DNA of 64,000 nt from Octopus vulgaris (lineage: Eukaryota), in assembly GCA_951406725.2 (NCBI GenBank), contig OX597817.1, forward strand, positions 114,266,001 through 114,330,000, given 5' to 3'. How positions within the stretch are numbered: the stretch's first letter is position 1; each line of letters opens with the position of its first letter. The position numbers and the translations under genes are program-made. Positions 1 through 11,039 of the stretch are shown here, piece by piece. Under the pieces are notes generated by a model that worked only from the letters and a program-made list of their open reading frames with translations, had not been told where the DNA came from and did no database searches.

Positions 1-7
1 CAGACAT

Positions 8-45
<38 letters not shown>

Positions 46-1400
46 CACACACACACACACTACACACACACACAAGTGCACATACACATGCACACATGCT
101 ATTGAACTTACAAATGCCACACACCACTAATCTTGCACTCACACACAGAGATTTTACATCTTACACATACAACCATAGATCTTACACCTTCCTACAGATT
201 TCAGACATGTATATACCATAGAACTTAAGGATACCATACCAGACCACAGAGCTTACTGTACATAAACACAGCACAAATTTTACAGACATAAACTACAAAC
301 CTTACACACACACACATACAAGTTGTTGCACACACACCATAGACCTCACATGAACACACTGTCAATCTTACTCATACAAACCTACCATAGATTTACATAC
401 ACATATACACACTGTAATGTACGCACTCAATAGATCATGCATACACATATACATACACAATAAGTCTCACATACACATGCACTAGCTCTTAAGTACACAT
501 AAATAAATTTTACATGTACACACACACACTCACATGCCTACACACACAACAGGTCTCACATACTCACAATAGATCTCACATACACTCACACAATAAATAT
601 CACATACACACACAGTAGATTTCACATATGCACATTCATAAAAATCTCACATGCATACATGTTAGATCTCACACACATACATGCACACTCACAGAAGATT
701 TTACACACGCATATATCCACAGTAGACTTTACACACACATATACTGTATGTGCACATATACACAGAACTCACATATGCACACATAATACATCTCACATAT
801 ATACGCATTAGATCTCATATACATCCATATGCATACACAGTAGATTCTACACACACATACATCCACAATAGATTTTACACACACATACTCACATACACAC
901 ACTAGTTCTTACATATGCACATACACACAAATCTCACATACACATACACAATAGATCTCACACATGTACACACATGTTAGATCTCACACACATACATGCA
1001 CACCCACAGTAGATTTTAGACATATCCACAATAGACCTTACATACACACACACAACTGACATACATATACATGTACAATAGCTCTTACGTATACATACAT
1101 CTCACATACACACGTTTGATCTTACACACATACATGTACATGCATGGTAGACTCTACATGCACATACATCCACAATAGACATGTACACATAATAGCTCTT
1201 ACATATGTATATATACACAAATCTTACATACACATATATGCATTAAATCTCACACATGTTTGCACATATGCAGTAGATTCCACACACATATACATCCACA
1301 ATAGACCTTACACACCCACATGCGCACATACAATAGATCTTACACTAAGCCCTCCACAACAGATCATACACACACAAACACATACACAGTTAGCACCACA
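1..1400. repeat. (CA)n and degenerate CA-rich minisatellite built on a 'tagat(c/t)t(c/t)acacacatac' motif
   Basis: Recurring 'ttagatctcacacacatacatgcacac..cacagtagattttac' blocks at about 661, 804, 976, 1113 and 1240. Confidence 0.8.
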
Positions 1401-1769
1401 TATATAACCGTGAAGACTCTACCATAGGTTTCATATGCTACTAAACTTTGTAGTACAGTGTGTCTGAGATCTGTAGTATGTTCTGTGTTTATTTCCACTA
1501 AGTGTTTTACTTATGGTTTTATTTGAAATCATTGTCTTATTGTTGCCATCAATTCTTTATTTCGGTGGTAGGTTGAAGGGTTATTTGTGTGTGTATGTGT
1601 GTGTGTTCTTATATATATATGAAATTTTGTGATTTTTTTCCTTTTGTTTTTGCTGACTCCTTCTTTAACCTTAATTTTTGTTGCTTTGTTGCTGTTAGTG
1701 TCAGATTGTTCCTTCTCATATATATATGTGCATCAGCATGGCTGCAGCTCTGAGCTGAAACAAGAAAAA

Positions 1770-1788
1770 AAATATATATATATACATA

Positions 1789-1839
<51 letters not shown>

Positions 1840-2100
1840 TGAGAAAATGTTTAAAAAAACTAAAAGAAACTGACAAGAAGAAGAAGATGAAGGAAAAATG
1901 AAAGATGTGGATGTAGCAGATAAGTTAAGAAAAAAGAATAACAACTATAATGATGTTGATGATGATGAAGATGACAAGAATAAAGAAAAGATAAAGAACA
2001 ACATCATCGACAACAACAACATTAACAAGAAGAAGAAGAATGATGATAATAATGATAATAATAATAATAATAATGATGATGATGGCAATGATGATAATGG
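1770..2100. repeat. (TA)n, (CA)n, (GAA)n and (AAT)n microsatellites
   Basis: Directly visible simple repeats. Confidence 0.9.
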
Positions 2101-2762
2101 AGTATTTCTCTTGTGACATCTCTATCTCTGATGAGAAAATGGTGATTGTGCACTTTGAAACTTGGCTTGACAACTTTTAGAAAGCCACTCACTGACTTTT
2201 CGGAGAAGCTTTTTTTTTTTTGAGAACATATTTAGTTATTCTGCTGTTGTGCAAAGCCATTTCTTGATGTCAGTCATTGTTTACTTCCTGACCATGAAAA
2301 ATATCTTTGAGATGAGGGTTCAAGTAAGGATTCCTCACCCCATAACGAAGGAGTGAGAATGTACATCCTGGAGAGAGAGAGAGAGAGAGAGGAGGGGGAG
2401 AGAGAGGAGGGAGAGAGAGAGGAGAGGGAAAGAGAGAGGAGGGGAGAGAGCAAGAGAGAGATGTGTGCATGAATATACACATGTAAGTGCGAACATATGC
2501 ACACACATACATGCATACATGTCACTATGTTGGCAAATGTGCATATACACATACACATACACACATATTTTCATCATTCACATGCAAATATATATTCAAA
2601 GAAATACAAATGTCTGTGTATGCACATATCATATAGGAAAAATAAAATTTATGATAAAACATATATCTCGATCGCAAAAAGTACATAATAATAAATAATA
2701 ATAATTATGTCTATCATTGTTTGAATTGCATAATAGTGGTTTTCCTCTAACTTATATATATA

Positions 2763-3005
2763 TCATCATCATCGTTTAACGTCTGTTCTCCATGCTAGCA
2801 TGGGTTGGACGGTTCCACCGGGGATCTGGGAAGCCAGAAGGCTGCACCAGGCTCCAGTCTTATCTGGCAATGTTTCTACAGCTTGATGCCCTTCCTAATG
2901 CCAACCACTCTGTGAGTGTAGTGGGTGCTTTTTACGTGCCACCTGCACAGGTGCCAGGCGGCGCTGGCATCGGCCACGAGTCGGATAGTGCTTTTTACGT
3001 ACCAC
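2763..3005 (-). mobile_element. SINE family A (3' end ...ccaacccatgc(c/t)agcatgga...cgttaaacgatgatgat)
   Basis: Reverse copy of a ~200-300 bp element found at least 10 times in the window, ending in (GAT)n. Confidence 0.85.
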
Positions 3006-3076
3006 CAGACCAGGGATCCTGGCTGGTTCAATTTGATTTCGATTTCGCTTTCCCCATATATATATATATATAACGT

Positions 3077-3331
3077 AAGGTGTATTAGCCATCTGAATGT
3101 GGCTAGCCACTGGGGGTGGGTGGGGTGTTACTGATGCTTTTAGCCCCAGGCGATCAACGTCACCAGAAGGACTTTAGACACTATCTCAGTGCCCTTGTGT
3201 TATTTGCAAAGGGAGGTCATCCTCCCTCGAAGACCCGAGTACTACATACGGACTATAGTTTCAAGGTAATTGCCTCTCATCAACGCATGGTAAGCACCGG
3301 TCTTCGATGAAGGAGTCCCCTTGCAAATAAA
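3077..3331 (-). mobile_element. Small non-autonomous hammerhead-bearing element (retrozyme-like monomer)
   Basis: Flanked by the direct repeat 'tatataacgt'. Nested inverted repeats ttatttgcaa.ggga/tccc.ttgcaaataa and tcgaagacc/ggtcttcga enclose a hammerhead motif. Confidence 0.65.
3245..3289 (-). ncRNA. Minimal type I hammerhead ribozyme motif (U3 variant)
   Basis: Minus strand: CAUGCG UUGAUGA GAGG caauua CCUU GAAA CUAUAG UC CGUAUG, giving a 6-bp stem I, palindromic stem III and GUC cleavage triplet. Confidence 0.75.
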
Positions 3332-3349
3332 TATATAACGTTTTTCACA

Positions 3350-3438
<89 letters not shown>

Positions 3439-3504
3439 GAAATTTGATTTAATACTAAATTGAATTTTTCCCTGAAAGTTTGGAGTTATACTCCCTAATA
3501 TTAT

Positions 3505-3540
<36 letters not shown>

Positions 3541-3563
3541 ATAATAATAATGATAATAATAAT

Positions 3564-4540
3564 CAAGAGCTTAACAAGATACCTAGCCCAAAGTAAGGAA
3601 ACCTTGTTAGTGACAGTTAGGAATGAGGGAGTATTGAGAGCAGATTAAAAAAGGGAAAACAAAGGAAGAAGTATAAAAAGGATATGAAGAAGAATTACAC
3701 AAGAAGGGACTACTCAATCAATTCCATGTAGCCACAACACAAGTTGCTGGGAAAATAGGTGGGATTGGCTGATGAAAGGAATCTTAAGAAAAGAAACCGA
3801 AAGTACTATACTGGCAGTGCAGGACCAAGCTTTGGCCATGAACTGGAGGGTCAACATTTTGAATGAGCAAGTGTCTCTGCTGTGCTGCATCTGCAATTGA
3901 GTGGATGAAACCATTGCCCATATGAATGAATGCCCTAGACTTGCCCAAAACCACAAGTTGTGGCGACATGACCAGGTAGCGAAAGTGCTACTTTGGAAAC
4001 TGTGCAAAAAGTGGGGGCTAGAGAGAGGCAAGACATGGTATGAGCACAAACTGCAGAGAGTGGCAGTCAGAGAATTGCAAAATCCTCTGGGATTTCCCAA
4101 TCCAAACAGATTAGGTACTAGAGCATAACAGACTGGGCATAGTGGTGGTGGACAAGGTGCACCACATATGCTATATAGTTGATGTTGTATGCCCCTTTGA
4201 TTCACGAATAGTCAAGAAGGAAGATGAAAAGATAGATACAACCCTCTTAAGTACGAAATAGCCCTACTATGGAAAATGAAGAAGGTGAAGATAGTGCCAG
4301 TTATTGTTTGGTCCTTGGGAACAGTATCAGAAGGCATCAAGCGGAATATAAAGTAAATTGGAATTGAGTGCTCAATAGAACTGTTACAAAAGGTTTGTCT
4401 TCTTGGCATGGCCAAAATAATGAGGAAAGTATTAGATAGCTGAAAAGAAACGAATAGCATGGTACCGTAGGCTGCAAGTAGTAAGCCCATTATGCATGCA
4501 AGACTCCAGAAGCTCCAACAAAACTTGTGATACAGAGAAA
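3564..4540 (+). mobile_element. 5'-truncated Dong/R4-clade non-LTR retrotransposon (CCHC finger plus restriction-like endonuclease), decayed
   Basis: Frameshifted motifs KETESTILAVQDQAL, ETIAH..CPRLAQ..RHDQVAK, WYEH, ILWDF, KVKIVPVIV.SLG, LLQKVCLLG.AKIMRKV. (TAA)n on both sides. Confidence 0.85.
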
Positions 4541-4563
4541 ATAATAATAATAATAATAATAAT

Positions 4564-4716
4564 CTAGGTGTATTACAAAAATTGGCATTACTTGGAAGTG
4601 CAACATATTGTGTAAAGTATTGTCAGTCTGAGGTCCTTGTTGTGAATTGACAGACAGTTCAAAACCCTGGTAGATATAGTATCTTCAATAAATAACATCA
4701 TGATATTGGATACTTA

Positions 4717-4720
<4 letters not shown>
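4564..4720 (+). mobile_element. Very short 3' end of a second Dong/R4-like element
   Basis: LQKLALLGSA..(IL)CKVLSV* terminus plus short 3'UTR, flanked by (TAA)n. Confidence 0.6.
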
Positions 4721-4770
<50 letters not shown>

Positions 4771-4771
4771 T

Positions 4772-4980
4772 ATGATTTCAAATTTTGGCACAAGGCCGAC
4801 TATTTAGCGGAAGGGGTTGAGTCAGTTACATCGACCCCAGAGCTCAACTGATATTTATTTTATTGACCTGGATGTAATGAAATGTAGAGTCAACCATGGA
4901 TAAATTTAAACTCAAAACGTAAAGAGGGGTGAAATATCCGCTAAGCATTTTGCCTAGTGTGCTAATGATTCTGTCAGCTG
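4772..4980 (-). mobile_element. SINE family B (tRNA-derived head), degenerate
   Basis: Diverged match to the copies at 37649 and 40315. Confidence 0.7.
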
Positions 4981-5520
4981 TAACATTGTATTGACATCAA
5001 AGTTATAAGTAGAGGTTATTATCATATGTTTGATAAATGTATTTCTAAGTTCTCTTAGAAATAGGACCCATTAACTCACAGGGCTCTCAGCAACCAGGGA
5101 TGAAAGTAATCAATTAGTTTCAGATTTTGTAAAATCCATCATCTAGATTGGCTTAATCTTCCCTGGTGAATGACAAAGCACTACTTTATGAAAAAGAAAA
5201 TATATATATATATTAATATAAACATCATTGAACTTGAATCAATCTTATTTGCACACTGCATAAAGGAGTGCTCACCATGTTCTCACAGCAATGAGCAAAA
5301 TGTAAGCAAATCCAGTGACAGCTTTCTACAAAGCCAAAACTCATCCATTAGGTGTCTTAATCTGTCTCTCTGACTGCTAAGAACCCTGTATTTTTATACA
5401 GGATCTCTTGTCATAACAAATTTAAAATTATGTTTATTAAATTTTATCAATTCTGTGATTGTAATTCTACTTGTGGATTGGGTGCATGGAAACTCAAAGA
5501 AGACCATTGTATGTGTGTGA

Positions 5521-5559
<39 letters not shown>

Positions 5560-5562
<3 letters not shown>

Positions 5563-5770
5563 GTTGAGATTGTAGTTGTGGCCGATGTCACTGTTGTGTA
5601 ACTGGCTCATTGAAAGCACCCTTCAATCATTGGGCGATATGCGGTGCTTGTGAAGACCTGTCGAACTGAGTGGAATTGTAGTCATGGACAGTGCCAGTGC
5701 CATCTGACTGGCACCCACGCCAGCATGGAAAGTGGACATTAAATGATGATGATGATGATGATGATGATGT
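5560..5770 (+). mobile_element. SINE family A, internally deleted
   Basis: gccagcatggaaagtggacattaaatgatgat tail and the upstream gccagtgcc..ctgactggc subrepeat. Confidence 0.7.
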
Positions 5771-6044
5771 ATCCATGTGTGTATTTGTGTCACTTTGTCT
5801 TCACATGACATGTAGATGTAAAAGAGTGTCGCTGTTATACAAGTAATATTGTTCATTACCAATATACTGTGAAAACATGGCTGACTATGTTGGTGGCAGG
5901 AAGGAGATCCAGCATTAGAAAATCTGTCACAATAGAATTTACCTGACCCCATGCAAGCATAGAAATGTGGATCTTTTAATGAAATGATGATGATGATGGT
6001 GTTGATGATGATGATTATGATTATGTGTATATATATATATATAT

Positions 6045-6452
6045 ATATATGAAAAAACAAGTCAAAAATAGAAAATGCTAAAATAATTTTATAGTGAACA
6101 TTTCAGTACCGGTTTCGTCATTTTGAGACCTTTTCAACTGTAACGATTAAATAATTAAATTTAGAAAAATTAGAAGAAAAGTTTTTTTAAAAGAATATTT
6201 CTATAGTAGTGTTCAGATTTAAGTGGCATTCTGCCTTTCTCTGACTCCCTTGTTTGCACTTGTGTGTCGGAGGTCGTTGTGAGTCTTACTATAGAAATAT
6301 TCTTTTAAAAAAACTTTTCTTCTAATTTTTCTAAATTTAATTATTTAATCGTTACAGTTGAAAAGGTCTCAAAATGACCGAAACCGGTACTGAAATGTTC
6401 ACTATAAAATTATTTTAGCATTTTCTATTTTTGACTTGTTTTTTCATATATA
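6045..6452. repeat. Long inverted repeat (arms about 165 bp, spacer about 78 bp); Penelope-like inverted pLTR pair
   Basis: 6045-6208 is the near-perfect reverse complement of 6287-6452, and each arm carries a hammerhead-like motif. Confidence 0.85.
6355..6392 (+). ncRNA. Minimal hammerhead motif with U3-A8 covariation (mirror copy at 6104-6140 on minus lacks one C in stem II)
   Basis: CAG UUGAAAA GGUC ucaaaau GACC GAAA CCGG UA CUG. Confidence 0.65.
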
Positions 6453-6778
6453 TCAACTCGTGTGTTCCTTTTCACCCTTATACATATATATAATTTCAAC
6501 AATTGAGGGTAAAATTAATTAATTATTAATCAATTTCACCAAGTGTTCAGTATGCAAAGGGACCATTTAAGGCGAATTCAAATTATTACATTATATAAAA
6601 GGGCTTAGTAAAATAAATTACTTTGCCGCATACTGAACTCATTAGAAATAGCAGCTAAAAAACTTTTTTAAAACTATTTCTAATACTTAAAGAAAACCTC
6701 TCTCATATAGTGTTTGCTCAACTCAACTCACGAAAGTTTGGGGGTAAAGACATCAAAAAATCAAATGCAAAGGTTATT

Positions 6779-6830
6779 TGAGAACGTACGTTTCAAGATT
6801 AGTCAACACGACACTTCTATCATCAGCTCA
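6779..6830 (-). ncRNA. Type I hammerhead ribozyme motif, unit 1
   Basis: Minus strand: UGAG CUGAUGA uAGAaguGUCguguuGACuaaUCUu GAAA CGUACG UU CUCA. Confidence 0.8.
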
Positions 6831-7337
6831 GAAACTCCTTGGTTTGGATTTGAAAACACTGAAAGTGAGAGCATACCCTTTCGGTTTCTCATTGCTTTCG
6901 AAGATCTGCTCGTAACTAACAGTGCCAACAAACTCAAATATGCAAGCGAAGAATTTCTGTTCTCCCCTTTCCACCAGCGTGGGTTAAAATCAGCAAACAC
7001 TATGCTTATTTCGGTAAAATCCGAAGCATTAATTAGAGGGAGATTAATTATAATTTCAACAATTGAGGGTAAAATTAATTAATTATTAATCAATTTCACC
7101 AAGTGTTCAGTATGCAAAGGGACCATGTAAGGCGAATTCAAATTATTACATTATATAAAAGGGCTAAGTAAAATAAATTACTTTGCCGCATACTGAACTC
7201 ATTAGAAATAGCAGCTAAAAACTTTTTTAAAACTATTTCTAATACTTAAAGAAAACCTCTCTCATATAGTGTTTGCTCAACTCAACTCACGAAAGTTTGG
7301 GGGTAAAGACATCAAAAAATCAAATGCAAAGGTTATT

Positions 7338-7389
7338 TGAGAACGTACGTTTCAAGATTAGTCAACACGACACTTCTATCATCAGCTCA
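7338..7389 (-). ncRNA. Type I hammerhead ribozyme motif, unit 2
   Basis: Same motif as unit 1. Confidence 0.8.
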
Positions 7390-7897
7390 GAAACTCCTTG
7401 GTTTGGATTTGAAAACACTGAAAGTGAGAGCATACCCTTTCGGCTTCTCATCGCTTTCGAAGATCTGCTCGTAACTAACAGTGCCAACAAACTCAAATAT
7501 GCAAGCGAAGAATTTCTGTTCTCACCTTTCCACCAGCGTGGGTTAAAATCAGCAAACACTATGCTTATTTCGGTAAAATCCGAAGCATTAATTAGAGGGA
7601 GATTAATTATAATTTCAACAATTGAGGGTAAAATTAATTAATTATTAATCAATTTCACCAAGTGTTCAGTATGCAAAGGGACCATTTAAGGCGAATTCAA
7701 ATTATTACATTATATAAAAGGGCTAAGTAAAATAAATTACTTTGCCGCATACTGAACTCATTAGAAATAGCAGCTAAAAAACTTTTTTAAAACTATTTCT
7801 AATACTTAAAGAAAACCTCTCTCATATAGTGTTTGCTCAACTCAACTCACGAAAGTTTGGGGGTAAAGACATCAAAAAATCAAATGCAAAGGTTATT

Positions 7898-7949
7898 TGA
7901 GAACGTACGTTTCAAGATTAGTCAACACGACACTTCTATCATCAGCTCA
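7898..7949 (-). ncRNA. Type I hammerhead ribozyme motif, unit 3
   Basis: Same motif as unit 1. Confidence 0.8.
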
Positions 7950-8352
7950 GAAACTCCTTGGTTTGGATTTGAAAACACTGAAAGTGAGAGCATACCCTTT
8001 CGGCTTCTCATCGCTTTCGAAGATCTGCTCGTAACTAACAGTGCCAACAAACTCAAATATGCAAGCGAAGAATTTCTGTTCTATATATATATATATATAT
8101 ATATATATGATAAAAAGCAGAAAAGTATAAATTTCTAATATAGTTCATAATTTAATTGTGCTCAGCAGATGTTTCAATAGAGTAAAACCATCATCACTTA
8201 TATAATTATGTAATTACAATACACAATTAAAATACATAAAAGATTTATGAGTGATGGGTTACCTATTTCTTCTGTAGGAGACAGAGAGAAAAGAAATTAT
8301 GATGCTTTTAGTCTACTGAAACAACTGTTGGGCACAATTACATTATGAATTA

Positions 8353-8858
8353 CTAGCAGTATCGCCCGGCATTGCTCGGGTTTGTAAGGGAAATAACAAT
8401 ATAAGCATTTTTAGAGAGTTACTTCCCTTATAAATTCGGGCTTTCTTAGCCACTTTTGTTTTGGTGTCTTCAAGCCATGACGTCGTTGTTCTAAAAGAAC
8501 GCTGGTTTCCTTCACAACGCATTACGACGTTGATTTCTTTACACTCCCTTCCCCACAGCTTCACGAGGGAGGGAAGGGGGAGAAGCAAACAGGTGCAGCT
8601 GTGAGCGTGGACGCCAACTCCGCCGCCATCGACACACGATGCATTTTATGCATTAAAATGGAATAAAAAATGATGTTAAATTATTTTTAAAATCGTAGAC
8701 TCATCGTTGACGCGCGCTAATAGTCAGACGGGCTCGATATGAATCACGACTATAAGATACCCGAATTTGGTTAAACTGCACCGCAAAATGTGGGAGGAGT
8801 TAGGAATCTAAATCGAAGGGGACAGACACTCACACAACTAGAGTTTTATATATATAGA
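8353..8858 (-). mobile_element. Non-autonomous Helitron
   Basis: Minus strand reads A|TCTATATATAT...CCCGagcaatgcCGGG hairpin...CTAG|T, the canonical Helitron termini and A^T target. Confidence 0.8.
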
Positions 8859-8987
8859 TGTGTTAAATTTATGCTTTTCCACTTTATATTCTGAAAATGT
8901 TGTTCTCAACTATTGTTTAACTAGTTCTGTATAGACATGCAAGTTTATTCCACCAGTATTTACTGCATTGTAATAATGTATTGGAGT

Positions 8988-9110
8988 TTAACTCTTTAGC
9001 ATTCAGATTACTCTGTCGAATATAAGCATACTTATTCACATTGTTTTGAATTAATCATGAATTATCTTGTAACATTGAGATTTCAGTGATATGACTGCTT
9101 GTTTTTATTA
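8988..9110 (+). mobile_element. Fragment of a TTAA-type (piggyBac-like) MITE
   Basis: ttaactctttagcattcagattactctgtc.. matches the MITE end at 32272. Confidence 0.6.
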
Positions 9111-9224
9111 TTGAGTCAATAGCTTAGTCATTGTTCAGTGATATACATATATACACACATACACATATATATGTATATATATATATATGTCTGGGTTTAT
9201 ATATATATATAATTCAAATAATAA

Positions 9225-9780
9225 GACAAAGAAATACTTTAACACATCTTTAATGATCAGTTACAATTGTTTCTGCACCAACTCTGCTTAAAACGTCTGT
9301 TTCTGCAAAGTTTCAAGGTGGAAATTTATGTAATTTTACAGTTTTAGATATTAGAGTCACACTTCATCAGACTTGCATCAGAGGTGTGCTCTTACATTGT
9401 GCATCTTCCAGACTTTGTGTTGTAAGACAGTTTTTTGCCACTGTTGTATCTGGTTTTTGACAATGGTTGTTGCTCTGACAGATATTGTTATCTTTCAAAG
9501 TCATATCTTTCAAAGTCATAGAAAGAATGTTTCTATTTGGCACTGTATGACCTGCAGTCGTACAGTGTTGTTATCCTCAAAAGATGATTTGATTGTTAAA
9601 ACGTTCACTCAGTATCACAGTATAATTATTATATTGGCACAGACACAACTATCAACACAGTCTACATGTACTCTCGACCTTCCCGACCTTCCTGTCAACC
9701 AGCTACAGGTCTATTTATAATGGCAGGCTACTACCACTTTTTACTGGGAGGGGTGTATAGTTTCACTATACAACACTTAG
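9225..9780 (-). mobile_element. Probable Penelope-like fragment with a hammerhead motif (9259-9373) that has a long stem II
   Basis: Minus strand: AGU CUGAUGA agug..(about 90 nt)..ugca GAAA CAAUUG UA ACU, next to (TA)n. Confidence 0.5.
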
Positions 9781-9909
9781 TTTTTTTTTGCTTAAATCAA
9801 GTGGAAACAAAAAAGTAAATAAAAGTAAACAAAAATGTGGCTATAAATAGTATAGAGAACATGTGAAAAGATGAAAAGGATGAAGAAAAAGAAAAAGAAG
9901 AAGGAAAAG

Positions 9910-9944
<35 letters not shown>

Positions 9945-10758
9945 CTAGCAGAAAGACTACCCTCTTTGGTGGTTTTCTGCTAGCCACTTGATAATACTTC
10001 CACATTTGATTCCCAATTCTAATAATTTTTACGATATTTTAGGTCTAATTATTTTCTTGTATTATAGTGCTCACTTAGTAAACATTGCTTTCATTATTTT
10101 ATCACTGTCATAATCTCTCTTTTTTAAATAAACATCAAGGTAGTCCAACTATGTGTAATGTGTGAGAAAATAACAGCGATCACATAGAGATATATCAAAT
10201 AACCATAGCAACAAATTCACTTGTTAATGACGGAAAGGAAATAAGTTACATGAGTTCGAAGCTTCAGTAAGTTATAATAAGCTATCCAATATAATTTATT
10301 TTCGGTATGTATAAACTATAAACTGAGGGCATTTACACAATGAATTTAAGTCAACAAAATACCTGATTTTCTCATCTGAAATAATAAATTAAAACTTGAA
10401 ATGAAAAAATTGCAATGAATATGTATTAAGTGGATTATTATTGATGAAAACAATTAGAGGTGGGAGAGAGAGAGAATGTGAGAGGCTGTATTTCAAATGA
10501 AAATGAAAATGTTGCCAGAACATATTAATATTGTTTATCAAATGTTACAACCTACTCTGTAGTGAACATAAAGCTTGGCAACAAATATTTAAATTTGTGA
10601 TAGTAAATAATAACAGATACTTCAAAAGTGCCTTTTTATCAGTATATATTAACAGAGAAATTTATAAAAATTTCACAGAGTCAAACCTATAATATGGCTA
10701 TTATGGAGGGTGTGACTAACTAACTAACTAACGGACATCACAGAAATTTATATGTAGA
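9945..10758 (-). mobile_element. Non-autonomous Helitron-like element
   Basis: A|TCTACATATAAA 5' end and hairpin plus CTAG|T 3' end on minus; 10470-10570 resembles 12647-12750 near the PIF1 fragment. Confidence 0.55.
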
Positions 10759-11039
10759 TATATAGCTGAGTCAATCTGTTATATATATTTATCATTAATT
10801 ATTGGTAGAACTTACATAGATGTGCATAGATAGTTAGACAGATGGATGGAAGTCTGGTATTGTGGGAACATATAGGAATGGTGTTTCCTTACTTTTTCAA
10901 ATATATTCAAATTTAAAATGATCTAATATAATGATATCATTCTTCCGGCATGTGTTGAAATATACCAAACAATTTAATTCCTCACAAATATACATTATTT
11001 TACATATAATTCATGTGTTAATTCTAATTACTGAAACTT

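Larger units (their letters stand above)
6491..8081 (-). repeat. Head-to-tail tandem array of a 559/560-bp unit (about 2.85 copies), one hammerhead per unit; retrozyme-like
   Basis: Units start at 6491, 7051 and 7610 and are near-identical, with (TA)n flanking both ends. Confidence 0.95.

Noticed and set aside
6714-8138. Triplicated 122-aa ORF (and 65-aa antisense ORF) as a protein gene
   Set aside because: Non-ATG starts, no recognisable domain, and the repetition is explained by the tandem array; small-peptide coding cannot be fully excluded
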